Part shown: positions 28,448 to 38,227 of the stretch, in pieces
Position numbering within the stretch: position 1 is the first letter of the stretch
Layout: every line of letters starts with the position of its first letter
IMG/VR virus record: IMGVR_UViG_3300023174_000068
Coordinates: 32,001 to 96,000 of that record
Source: a virus
Length of the DNA: 64,000 nucleotides
Reading direction: 5' to 3' (one strand)
Position numbers and translations under genes: made by a program
The notes under the pieces: generated by a model
The model's database searches: none
What the model saw: the letters and a program-made list of their open reading frames with translations, nothing else
Told to the model about the DNA's origin: nothing

Positions 28448-30172
28448 TTATTGAACTATAAATTCCCATTTAATTTTACCACAATCCCATATTTTTTTAA
28501 TATTTAACTTATTTTCACTTATACCGGTTTTTGATTTTCTAAATCTTGATTTATGAACTCTAATACCCTCAAAAATATATTTATAGTCTGGAACACTTGA
28601 ACTAACTTTTTTGAATCCTAATTTTTTATATAGATTGCCTTCGGACCAGTCACGGTCTGCATAACTAATAACCCGATCGACATTATAATTATTTAAAAAA
28701 TATTTAAATAATTTACTTGCCCCTCCTATAATATTATGGTCTATTCTATTGCAAAATCTATTTATGTTCCAACCGCTTATCTTTTTTCTCCCCTCGTAAT
28801 GATCGAAAGTCATTAAACTCACAAGTTCATCATTATAATAAAGACCTAATTTCAAACACGAAGCAGCCTTTCCTTGTATGTGGTTTTCTTCTAAGAATTT
28901 AGTAACTGCTACTGTATCTCCAATTTCTCTAACGCAGCATTTTCTGGCAAGTATTCTTTTATCAGTTAATCCTATCCAATTTTTTATTTGTGATTTTATT
29001 ATTTTGTTTTTAAACACCCAATCGTCTTCCCAGATATGTATAATCCTGATTCCTCTTTCACTAAAATATTTAGTTTTATCTAAATGGTAACTCTTATCTC
29101 TGTACTTATCTGAATGCCAATATAAACCATTGAATTCAAATCCTAAATTCAAATGGGGTAAATAAATATCTATTTCCAAACCATCCCTGTATGATTGTAT
29201 AATTTCCCCCTTATAGATTGATTTTATATACTCATAAAGTCCATTTTCCTTAATTGATTGAGAATCGCTTATTGGATTACAAACAGTACAAAGTGGTAGA
29301 TTAATTTCCTTTCTTTTCAAATAATTATCAGATGATATTTCGAATTGATGGCCTTTTTCACATTTGTATAATGATGTTTTATTTTTTAAATAAGTTATGA
29401 AATTCTCAGAAAATATTTTTTTACCAAATTTACTCAAGTTTGATTTATTATAATTATCAACTCCCCACTTTTTTATATTATCTAAACTTACCCTTTCTTT
29501 ACATTCTTCAGTTTTAGAATAGCTATCTACTCCCCATTTATATATTGATGTTTGTTTAATTTTATCTTTGAATTCTTCAGTTTTAGAATAATTATCAACT
29601 CCCCACTTATATAATGAGACTTCTTTAATCTTTTCTTTAATAACATCAGATTTTGACGGATTATCTACTCCCCATTTACTTAAACTTTTTTCTTTAAACT
29701 TGGTTTTAAATTCTCCGGTTTTTGAATAATGATCGACTCCCCACTTTTCTAATGTAGTTTGTTTAATTTTTTCCTTAAACTCATCAGTTTTGGAATAGTG
29801 CTCAACTCCCCACTTTTCTAAAATTTTATTTTCTAATATCTTTTTAACCTTTTTAGACTTCATTGGATTATCAACTCCCCACTTTTCAATATTAGTTTCT
29901 TTTCTTTTTAAATTAATACAATCTATTGAATTACAACAGTGTTTTTGTCCATCATTTTCTATCTTTAAATATTTTCTCCATTCAGTATCATACACACTTT
30001 TACAGAAATCACATATAGGTTTTACTTTATATCCTGATCCATTTGGTAGCATATTAACAGGTATTTTTAATTCTTGATTCGATTTGACACTCAATTTATC
30101 ACCGAATTGGTTTATTATTTTCTTTTGATTGTAGTTATTTACATATATAGTTGCGTATTCAGAAGATAGCAT
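28448..30172 (-). mobile_element. Free-standing homing endonuclease (Hef/Vsr-like PD-(D/E)XK with KWGVD repeats) between the split terL halves
   Basis: Zn ribbon (CDFC...CC...C), seven 23-aa KWGV repeats, nuclease motif EIDIYLP...FEFNGLYWH, IIHIWEDDW, and C-terminal GGASKLF...SYADRDWS...IWDCG. Confidence 0.85.
29440..29890 (-). repeat. Seven 69-bp (23-aa) coding repeats in the endonuclease
   Basis: ACTCCCCA recurs every 69 bp; consensus KWGVDxYSKTxEFKxKIKQ. Confidence 0.85.
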
Positions 30173-30188
30173 AATCTATATATAAAAT
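30173..30188. promoter_or_regulatory. 16-bp divergent spacer with palindromic TATATATA
   Basis: AATCTATATATAAAAT lies between the endonuclease ATG (30172, minus strand) and the IntC-terL ATG (30189, plus strand). Confidence 0.55.
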
Positions 30189-30626
30189 ATGATTAAATCT
30201 GTTTTAATAAGGATAATAAAGTTTTTAATAACTTTTATTGAAAGAGTAGAACTGAGAAATTCGTCACTAGACGAAAATGACATCAATAAAAAAATACTAA
30301 ATTCTATTAATGTTTTCGGGTTTAAAGTTAGAACTGATGCAGGATATGAAAAATTAACAGATTTGCATATAACCCAACCATATAGGCACTATGTTCTTAA
30401 AACAGATGGTTATGAATTATCATGTGCTGATAATCATATAGTCTTTGATAAGGACTATAATGAAGTATTTGTAAAAGATTTGGTGGTGAATGACATAATA
30501 CAAACAGAGTCAGGATTACAAAGAGTAATATCTTTAAAGCAGGATAACTTTAAATCATCTATGTTTGACGCAACCGTTAATCATCAAAACCACAGATTTT
30601 ACACAAATGGCATACTTTCACACAAT
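30189..30626 (+). mobile_element. Split intein, C-fragment (146 aa)
   Basis: Block B SCADNH, VKDLVVND, block F MFDATV, block G FYTNGILSHN, with Thr at +1. Confidence 0.92.
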
Positions 30627-32405
30627 ACAATCTCATCGGCAATTTTCATGTTACATAAAATACTATTTGATAATGACAAAAACATTATGATAGTTGCAAA
30701 CAAAGGTGACACAGCTGTCGAGATTGTTGATAAAGTAAAATCAATTTATTCACTACTGCCATTTTTTCTAAAACCCGGTGTCAAAACTTGGAATCAAAAA
30801 TCTTTAACTTTTGAAAACGGTTGTCGTATCAAAACTTCAGCTAGAACAAAAACACCAGCGATTGGTTTTACTATTGATGTGCTCTATTTAGATGAGTTTG
30901 CCCATATTCCATCAAATATCATTGAACCATACTACACGGCGGCTTTTCCAACTACAGCGGCGGTTCAGAACTCAAAAATAATTATAACATCAACTCCAAA
31001 TGGAATGAATCTATTTCACAGGCTACTTACAGATGCTGAAAGACCAGAAGGTGATCCGCAAAAAAACAACTATAAACCAATGCGGGTTTATTGGTACCAA
31101 GTTCCTGGAAGATTCGTTACCTACATTAGATTAAATTCACATAAACTATGGGATAACAAGTTAACGAAAGAAGATGTGTTAGAACAATGTAGGGAAAAAT
31201 TTGAAATGCGAACAAAAGTAGAAATGATTTGGAATTCTGATTTACAAAAAGACATCATTTGTGTTTATAATAATGAGCACTGCTCTGATGACGAAGTAAA
31301 ATCAACTATGATAAAGACCGAGAACAGAGAAATTTCAATTAGGTTAATTTCAGAAGTCACTACCTGGAAAGAAGAAGCTATCAAGGATATTGGAGGCGAA
31401 GACGCCTTTAATCAGGAATATGGTCTAAGGTTTATAAACGAATCTAAATCCTTATTAAATGAATCCATTATCGATGAGCTATTGAGGAGTAAGAAAAATT
31501 ATATTTTTGAGGAGATTGCTGAATTTGAGAGGATTAAGTTTGATTATTCAGACTTAAAATGGATAGATGATGAAGAAATTTATTTACCAATAAAAAGAAA
31601 GGATTACAAAATTGTAATATCTGTTGACTTAGCCGAAGGTCTAGGTCAAGATTACTCCGTAATTAACATTTTCAAAGTTGGCGTAAAACCAACGGATTTA
31701 ATAGAACTTCAAAAGGCTAAATACGAATCGATTGTTGATTTTTTTAGATTAGAACAAATTGGAATTTATCGAAGCAATATTATTTCAATAAAACAAGTAG
31801 CAGAACTTCTTTATCTACTAGCCTTCGAATTTTTTAATCCAGAAAATGTCAAAATTGTTTTAGAGTTAAACAACTATGGCAATACGCTGCTTGCAGAAAT
31901 GCCCCACGTCTTTGAAGGAAATAATGATTACGGTTCCTCAATTTTTATGAGATATAAACACAGAATTGATTCAAATGAAGAAAAAGTAGGTCTCAAAGTC
32001 GGTGAGAATAAAAATATTTTAGTCAAAGACTATCAGGACCTTATGTTGTCAAAATCATTTTATATAAACAACGAAGACACTATTAGAGAAATAACAACTT
32101 TTGTCAAGCACACAACCACTGCTGGAAATACAAGATATGCAGCAGATCACGGTCATGATGATTGTGTTATGACGATAGTCAACTCAACTTCGGTGTTCAA
32201 AAAACCAGAGTTTAGAGAAATCGTGGATGAATGGGCATCAAAAAATTTAGATAGAGAAAAATTAGACCACATTAATGAAATTCTAAAAAAAATTGACTTT
32301 GTAGAAGGCGTTGATTATTCAACATTTATAGAGACTAAAAATGCAATTAGATTAAAAAAATCTATGAGTAACCCAAATATAAATAACTGGTTTAAAAGGG
32401 ATTAA
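30189..32405 (+). CDS. terL: Terminase large subunit, C-terminal fragment preceded by IntC
   Basis: After SHN comes TISSAIF, then Walker B LYLDEFAH, motif III ITSTPNG, and nuclease motifs VDLAEGLGQDYS, LELNN and HDDCVM. Confidence 0.95.
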   Translation: MIKSVLIRIIKFLITFIERVELRNSSLDENDINKKILNSINVFGFKVRTDAGYEKLTDLHITQPYRHYVLKTDGYELSCADNHIVFDKDYNEVFVKDLVVNDIIQTESGLQRVISLKQDNFKSSMFDATVNHQNHRFYTNGILSHNTISSAIFMLHKILFDNDKNIMIVANKGDTAVEIVDKVKSIYSLLPFFLKPGVKTWNQKSLTFENGCRIKTSARTKTPAIGFTIDVLYLDEFAHIPSNIIEPYYTAAFPTTAAVQNSKIIITSTPNGMNLFHRLLTDAERPEGDPQKNNYKPMRVYWYQVPGRFVTYIRLNSHKLWDNKLTKEDVLEQCREKFEMRTKVEMIWNSDLQKDIICVYNNEHCSDDEVKSTMIKTENREISIRLISEVTTWKEEAIKDIGGEDAFNQEYGLRFINESKSLLNESIIDELLRSKKNYIFEEIAEFERIKFDYSDLKWIDDEEIYLPIKRKDYKIVISVDLAEGLGQDYSVINIFKVGVKPTDLIELQKAKYESIVDFFRLEQIGIYRSNIISIKQVAELLYLLAFEFFNPENVKIVLELNNYGNTLLAEMPHVFEGNNDYGSSIFMRYKHRIDSNEEKVGLKVGENKNILVKDYQDLMLSKSFYINNEDTIREITTFVKHTTTAGNTRYAADHGHDDCVMTIVNSTSVFKKPEFREIVDEWASKNLDREKLDHINEILKKIDFVEGVDYSTFIETKNAIRLKKSMSNPNINNWFKRD

Positions 32406-32686
32406 GAATTAGCTTCCATAGTCGCAGAAAGACCACTATTTCTTAATTTAGACTTCATTTCTGAAATTGTATCAAAGTCTCCATATTTTACGTCGCACTT
32501 ACCTTTAAAATGTACAATATGAGCACATTGATTAGCCTGTTCATATTCGTGTCCACAGTGTTTTACCAGACAATTAATAACATGGTCAAAGGTATTGTAG
32601 TCATCATTGTGTAAAACCAATCGATAAGGCTTAGAGAGTATCTCGTCTACTTTACTCTGTGATTTCTTTTTTGTGATCGTTTCCAT
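32402..32686 (-). CDS. clpS: ATP-dependent Clp protease adaptor ClpS
   Basis: LVLHNDDYNTFDHVI...QCAHIVHFKGKC. Confidence 0.9.
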   Translation of the reverse strand: METITKKKSQSKVDEILSKPYRLVLHNDDYNTFDHVINCLVKHCGHEYEQANQCAHIVHFKGKCDVKYGDFDTISEMKSKLRNSGLSATMEANS

Positions 32687-32703
32687 GTTTTTTTTTATAT
32701 ATT

Positions 32704-33246
32704 TTAGTTATTAAAAGTTTTAGTTATTTTAGAGACCACGTCAACAATAGTAACTTGGCAATTTTGAGATAAAGCCCACTCTTCAAACCTGGGCAAATGT
32801 GCCTCTCTATCGTCATACATCACAAATATTTCGGGTTTAATCCTTTCTATTAGGTTTTCAAAAAGGCGTGTTTTAAATAAAAACGTATCTGTCCCAAAGT
32901 TAAGATAAATTTCATCAAAAGACAAATTATGACTGTCTAAAATTAACTGAACTTGTTTTCTTAAGGGTTCAATTCTACCAGTCGCCATAATTAGATAAGT
33001 AGAATCTTTTGAAACTTCCTCTAGATATTTCTGATAAACCCATTCATTTACCGGTATATCAAACACCGATAAATCCAGGCTTTCAGGCTTAGACCACCAA
33101 CCGGTGTATGGCCAGTTCCACTTTTCTGGATTATTCGGGTATCGAGTAATCATTTTTTCTCTCCATATTCTTCGCCCACTTTCTTCCGTTGGAGTAAGGC
33201 AAAGAGTATCATCGAAATCAAAAGAAACCAGTCGTCTATAGTTCAT
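32704..33246 (-). CDS. HAD-family phosphatase (RNA-repair-type HAD-like)
   Basis: FDFDDTL, ATGR, K and MYDDR motifs. Confidence 0.75.
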   Translation of the reverse strand: MNYRRLVSFDFDDTLCLTPTEESGRRIWREKMITRYPNNPEKWNWPYTGWWSKPESLDLSVFDIPVNEWVYQKYLEEVSKDSTYLIMATGRIEPLRKQVQLILDSHNLSFDEIYLNFGTDTFLFKTRLFENLIERIKPEIFVMYDDREAHLPRFEEWALSQNCQVTIVDVVSKITKTFNN

Positions 33247-33305
33247 ATAAATTTTTATTTAAAAAGAGAATCTTTTTTCTATATATAATAAAAAAAGAAA
33301 GTTTT

Positions 33306-33728
33306 ATGTCTGTAAAAATTGATTTAAAGACCGGTTTAATTTTATTATTACTTCTGTTTTGCATTGTTTTCTTTTCAATGTGGTATCTCAAAGGTAGTGA
33401 TTCGGCTTCTAAAAGAGAACTTAAAAGGCTCAAAACGGAATATAAAAATCTCCAAAAAAGTAGAGATTCATTGGATCAAGTAAATATCATGTTAAAAGAT
33501 AATTTCAATGATTATCAAAATAAAATTGACCAAAGGGATTCAAAAATACAATCAATAGAATATCAACTATCTCAAGCTAAAATCGATTTGTCTCAATCTA
33601 AAAAAGATCTCAGTGATATGAAAACTGAATTAACAAAGACTAGAAAAAGAGTTGAAGACTTAAAGAAAAATCCAATTAATAGGGAAGGGGATAATCTAAT
33701 TGAATCATTAAAAGAAAAATTAAAATAA
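33306..33728 (+). CDS. Membrane-anchored coiled-coil protein (i-spanin-like)
   Basis: N-terminal TM helix followed by a long coiled coil. Confidence 0.5.
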   Translation: MSVKIDLKTGLILLLLLFCIVFFSMWYLKGSDSASKRELKRLKTEYKNLQKSRDSLDQVNIMLKDNFNDYQNKIDQRDSKIQSIEYQLSQAKIDLSQSKKDLSDMKTELTKTRKRVEDLKKNPINREGDNLIESLKEKLK

Positions 33729-33729
33729 T

Positions 33730-34227
33730 ATGAGAAAGATATTTACAATAGTTTTAATACTTATTAGTTTTGTCTCTTTTAGCCAAAACGGTTACCCAAA
33801 ATTATCGACCGACTCCACTGGGAAAAAAATTGTTATTTTTTCTTATGAACAGGCTCAGAAAATAGACAATAACCTAGAAATTATCAAATTATTAGAAAAA
33901 GCAGGAACAGAATGTGATAGTTTGAACCTAAAATATATCAAAGTCATTAATGAACTTGAAAACCAAAATAAACTACTTAACTCAGGTTCCGATCTGTTAA
34001 AGAGTCAAATAGTGGATAAAAATTCTCAAATTGAAAATTTAAAACAACAGATTTCCAATTGCGAAACAAATAATGCCGACTGTGATTCTCAAATAAAACT
34101 AAAAGAGGATCAAATCTTGACACTTAAAGATGAACTAAAAACCGTTAAAAGGAAAAGAAATATAGCCTATGGGGCTGGTATACTTGGAGTTTTAGCTACT
34201 ACTTTTCTGTTTTTTGCATTGAAATAA
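33730..34227 (+). CDS. Secreted coiled-coil protein with C-terminal TM (possible spanin partner)
   Basis: Signal peptide ending SFS|Q, coiled coil with 3 Cys, C-terminal hydrophobic helix. Confidence 0.5.
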   Translation: MRKIFTIVLILISFVSFSQNGYPKLSTDSTGKKIVIFSYEQAQKIDNNLEIIKLLEKAGTECDSLNLKYIKVINELENQNKLLNSGSDLLKSQIVDKNSQIENLKQQISNCETNNADCDSQIKLKEDQILTLKDELKTVKRKRNIAYGAGILGVLATTFLFFALK

Positions 34228-34280
34228 AATTGGTTTTTTTATTTAATATATAAAACATAAAAAAAAATTACAAATAGAAA

Positions 34281-34922
34281 ATGAAACACATTAGAACATT
34301 TGAAAGTTATCGTATCAAAAAAAACAGAGAGGAGATTATTAAAGAATCCGTTCTTCAAGTTAACGATATTTACAAAGTTAAGACTATGGTTGATATACCA
34401 CAGTCTTTGATTAACGCTTATGTTAAAAAGGTAAAAGATACAACCGGAAAAAACCTGAGACAATTTTTCGGAGATGTCGATATCGCAGAAGAAATCATTA
34501 AGTATATTAACTTAAACAATCTGGATATTGAAAAAATACCATCGAACATTTTAATGGGAGGGTCGCAAGACCAAGTTCAAATTCAATCAACTGAAGAGGC
34601 TCCTGAAACTGAAGAGGCTACTGAAAAGACTGAAGAGGCTCCTGAAACTGAAGAGGCTACTGAAAAGACTGAAGAGGCTCCTGAAACTGAAGAGGCTCCT
34701 GAAAAGACTGAAGAGCCAGCTCAAGGTCAAGCTCAAAGCCAATCTCAATCACAGGTGAAGCCAGAAGACAAAGAATTCGAAGAGCCAAATGCCGAAGAAG
34801 GTCAGTCTAAAGAAGAAGAAGGTCAGTCTAAAGAAGAAGGTCAGTCTAAAGAAGAAGGTCAGTCTAAAGAAGAAGAAGGTCAGTCTAAAGAAGAAGGAAC
34901 CGAAGAACTTCCAGCTGAGTAA
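34281..34922 (+). CDS. Probable head-internal protein with acidic repeat tail
   Basis: MKHIRTFESY...IIKES leader; TEEAPETEEATEK and EEGQSK repeats. Confidence 0.7.
   Translation: MKHIRTFESYRIKKNREEIIKESVLQVNDIYKVKTMVDIPQSLINAYVKKVKDTTGKNLRQFFGDVDIAEEIIKYINLNNLDIEKIPSNILMGGSQDQVQIQSTEEAPETEEATEKTEEAPETEEATEKTEEAPETEEAPEKTEEPAQGQAQSQSQSQVKPEDKEFEEPNAEEGQSKEEEGQSKEEGQSKEEGQSKEEEGQSKEEGTEELPAE
34590..34897 (+). repeat. Coding tandem repeats (39-bp and 18/21-bp units)
   Basis: ACTGAAGAGGCT-based units, then GAAGAAGGTCAGTCTAAA five times. Confidence 0.9.
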
Positions 34923-34998
34923 TATTTGAACCCAACGAGTTAAAGTTTAATATAAACTAGTTGATTTTTAATAATATCATTATAAATAATAAAAAGAT

Positions 34999-35652
34999 AT
35001 GAAAAAAATAATCAACTGGTTGGCTTTGACATCAATCATATTAATCGCTTTCTACTTTTCTAAAAGACCATCAGAAACCGAATCAACGTCAACAGATTTA
35101 GTGTCAATAGACAGCCATCATTCACAAGAAGCATTGGATTACTATAAAGAAATATGTCTTCGTGATGAATACGGTGGTGTAAATAAAGCGTTCAAATGGA
35201 AAAGAGACGTTAAAATCTATGTTCATGGATCTTGTCCTCAATACATGATGGATGAATTAGATAAAATTGTGAAAGACCTCAATGAAATTATTAATACGAT
35301 TGAAATCAAGATTGTAAAAAATCGTAGTGAAGCAAACACATTTATTTTCTTAGGCTCAAAAGAAGGGTTCAAAACTTTATATCCACAAATTCAAGAAGAA
35401 AATCTAAGAGGAAATTGGGGATATTTTGAAGTATATCCTTCGTCTGGATCTGTAATGTATGTTGAAATGGTTGGGTCTGGTGATGATACAATTTCACAAA
35501 AAAGTATTTTACGAGAAGAACTTACACAATCATTAGGATTTTTTAATGATTCAGAAAAATATCCAGAAAGCATTTTCTATCAAAATTCAAATAGTAACAC
35601 AGAATATGCACCTATTGATAGAGAAGTGATTGATATTTTATATAATAACTAA
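34999..35652 (+). CDS. DUF2927-like membrane-anchored zincin-like protein
   Basis: N-terminal hydrophobic segment; ILREELTQSLGFFNDS...SIFYQ. Confidence 0.7.
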   Translation: MKKIINWLALTSIILIAFYFSKRPSETESTSTDLVSIDSHHSQEALDYYKEICLRDEYGGVNKAFKWKRDVKIYVHGSCPQYMMDELDKIVKDLNEIINTIEIKIVKNRSEANTFIFLGSKEGFKTLYPQIQEENLRGNWGYFEVYPSSGSVMYVEMVGSGDDTISQKSILREELTQSLGFFNDSEKYPESIFYQNSNSNTEYAPIDREVIDILYNN

Positions 35653-35686
35653 ATTATTTAAATATAAGAATAATATATACTTAAGT

Positions 35687-36067
35687 ATGAAAAGACTTAA
35701 GTTATTTGAGGCCTTTGTCGACGCCTTAGAATTTGTTAACGACGGACGCAGAGGTGAATGTAATTTATACCAAATCTGGACCAAACTAGGTGGTAGATTT
35801 AGTTTTAACAGTAGAGAAATAAATCTTCTAGATTTCACAAAAGTCGGTATTAGAAAACCTCTAATTCCAGTGGCAATAAGTCAAGATTTTGATGGCAAAA
35901 TGTGTATACTTGATTCAATATACATTTCGGGTTCTAATTTATTTGGCCGAGTTATTATAGATTCATCAGTGGGTAAAAAAATTAAGTCGTTTCCACTAGA
36001 ATTGATAAACATAGACAGATCAGAAGAGCATTTGTCTATGTTCAACAAATTAGAACAAAAGATATGA
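35687..36067 (+). CDS. Hypothetical protein with capsid-targeting-like leader
   Basis: MKRLKLFEAF start downstream of TAATATATA. Confidence 0.65.
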   Translation: MKRLKLFEAFVDALEFVNDGRRGECNLYQIWTKLGGRFSFNSREINLLDFTKVGIRKPLIPVAISQDFDGKMCILDSIYISGSNLFGRVIIDSSVGKKIKSFPLELINIDRSEEHLSMFNKLEQKI

Positions 36068-36150
36068 AGTTGGCAAAGACGAAAATCACAAAGAAAAAAC
36101 GCTTTTAGTGGTTGATGCTGACTATGATGTTTATGCACAAATAGGTAAGT

Positions 36151-36762
36151 TTAGCTAATAGGGCAATGACTAGCTGAGTAGATATATTTCCAATCCCTTT
36201 TAATATTAACACCCAAAGATTCAGCTGTTGTAATAATATCTTCTAGGCACTCGGAGTCAGCACCACCTACGATAGTAACTTCTTTACCTTTTAACTTTTG
36301 AAGTAAGTTATACAATTTAACGGGACATTGAAACCACTGATGATTGTTTCCAATGAATACTATAATAGTACCTTCTTCTGTTGGAAAATACTGACCTTTA
36401 CTTAGAGTCTTTTCTTGAGACTTAATCTGTTGATAAACTTCTTTACTTAGAATCTTTTTATAAAATTCAACATCAACATCATAGTTATATCTTTTTTCAA
36501 TAATATCCTTTTGATTTGGGAAATTATAAATATCATTATGATCTGGGACATCTGGATTATGGTCATATAGATAATCTTTATCCGGATTCTTACCATGGAC
36601 ATGATTATCAAATATTTGATAAACATCAGTAAAGTTATTACAATACTTTTTCAACTCATTTAAATACATTTCACTAAAGAACTTCTTAAATGACTTTTGA
36701 ACATCTACAATTACTAATATAGATTCATTTTGAAACTTTTCGAATTTTTTAATACAAACCAT
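36151..36762 (-). CDS. Isochorismatase/cysteine-hydrolase family protein
   Basis: ILVIVDVQ, EKRY and VGGADSEC (Asp/Lys/Cys triad pattern). Confidence 0.7.
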   Translation of the reverse strand: MVCIKKFEKFQNESILVIVDVQKSFKKFFSEMYLNELKKYCNNFTDVYQIFDNHVHGKNPDKDYLYDHNPDVPDHNDIYNFPNQKDIIEKRYNYDVDVEFYKKILSKEVYQQIKSQEKTLSKGQYFPTEEGTIIVFIGNNHQWFQCPVKLYNLLQKLKGKEVTIVGGADSECLEDIITTAESLGVNIKRDWKYIYSASHCPIS

Positions 36763-36861
36763 TAACTATATATAAAATCAATTTTAATATCTCTTTTTAT
36801 CTTACTACAAAGAGGTTGTAAATTAGTTTTTGTTTATTTTGCTAACCCTTTTAATTAAAAA

Positions 36862-37236
36862 TTATGTTATCACCGCACTGACCTCGTATCCAGCGATTGT
36901 AAAGTCTATTGTCATATATTCTTCATGTTTTTCTGGATGTTCAAAAAAGTCAACTACTACCGAATATTCTATATCATTTATTTCTGGTATGAACTTGCGT
37001 ATCTGCTGAATTAAATCTGATTGTATTGCATCGGCGGATAATCTGGTCTCATGTAGCAACTCTACTAAATCGGAACCTAATTCAGGATTAGCCAATACGT
37101 CACCTTTATTAGTGAATATAATCATTTCCCATTTCTGTATGATAACTCTCACCACATCATCTTCGATTATTTCAGTGTTTCGAAATTTAGGATGACCTTT
37201 GTATCTAATATAAAAATCTATAAAACTTGATTCCAT
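36862..37236 (-). CDS. gp25: Baseplate wedge protein (gp25-like)
   Basis: IIFTNKGDVLANPELGSDLVELLHE...IRKFIPEI. Confidence 0.75.
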   Translation of the reverse strand: MESSFIDFYIRYKGHPKFRNTEIIEDDVVRVIIQKWEMIIFTNKGDVLANPELGSDLVELLHETRLSADAIQSDLIQQIRKFIPEINDIEYSVVVDFFEHPEKHEEYMTIDFTIAGYEVSAVIT

Positions 37237-37255
37237 TAAGTTATATATAAATATA

Positions 37256-38227
37256 CTAACTCTCAGATACTGCTTCTCGGAGTTTTCCTATTACACTCAT
37301 CGCCAGAACTATTGGGTCTAATGAAGTTTCGATTTTTGGATGATATTCAGAGACAATAAAATTACACTGGAATAGTTTATCTATTTTGACACCTCTTTCA
37401 ATAGCATGGTCTATAAAAGGCTTTCCTAAAATATTTAACATATCGTCAATTTTTTCTGGTCCAAATTTTGAGTTAACAAAATGGTATATTTTTTCGTAAT
37501 CGTTTTGATTGTCGAATATGGCCGAGAATAACTCTTCTTTTAATCGGTTTGACACGCTGGTGCCCAAAGAATCTTGGTGCCCAGTTGTCAAGAAATCCTG
37601 TAAGTGAACTAATGTTTTTCTTAAATCTGGGAAGTTTTTTTTAACAATATTGACAATGTCCTGTTTTGGTAAAGTTTTATTTTCATCTAGTAGTATAACA
37701 TCTCTTATTCTTAAAAAAATTTGTTGTTGAATATATTTTTCTTCTTCGACATTGAGACAATCAAAATTAATCTGAGGAATTCTGGACTTTATACCATCGG
37801 AAATCTTATGAATGTGATTAGTAGTTATTATAAATCGAACATTTTTATTGTATTTCTCGATGAAGGCCTTAAAGGCATCTTGAAACTGAGCGGATACTCT
37901 TTCAAACTCATCTAAAAAAACATATTTCATATCTGATTCAGCGTCCATAATAGAAGAGAACTTGCAAAAATCGTCAATTTTATTTCTTAAAACATCTATT
38001 GATGTAAATAGTGAAGAATTTAACTCAAGATGTGGTTTACTTTTATCATACTTACCAATAAGAATTCGAGCTAAAGTCGTTTTACCAGTACCATAGTGGC
38101 CATAAAATATAAAATTATTCGGCACGCCGTTTGTGAAATACTCACGAATTCTTGGCAACAAAACCATATCGTCTAACGTTTTTGGTCGCCATTTTTCCCA
38201 TAAAAGTAACTGGTTTACTGAACTCAT
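37256..38227 (-). CDS. gp44: Clamp loader subunit (gp44/RFC-like AAA+)
   Basis: WEKWRPKTL, GHYGTGKTT, FLDEFE, SRI and PDLRK. Confidence 0.88.
   Translation of the reverse strand: MSSVNQLLLWEKWRPKTLDDMVLLPRIREYFTNGVPNNFIFYGHYGTGKTTLARILIGKYDKSKPHLELNSSLFTSIDVLRNKIDDFCKFSSIMDAESDMKYVFLDEFERVSAQFQDAFKAFIEKYNKNVRFIITTNHIHKISDGIKSRIPQINFDCLNVEEEKYIQQQIFLRIRDVILLDENKTLPKQDIVNIVKKNFPDLRKTLVHLQDFLTTGHQDSLGTSVSNRLKEELFSAIFDNQNDYEKIYHFVNSKFGPEKIDDMLNILGKPFIDHAIERGVKIDKLFQCNFIVSEYHPKIETSLDPIVLAMSVIGKLREAVSES

Noticed and set aside
28377-30188. Group I intron interrupting terL
   Set aside because: Both flanks carry intein motifs and have their own stop and start codons. The endonuclease is antisense and fills the gap except for 71 and 16 bp, leaving no room for a ribozyme core.
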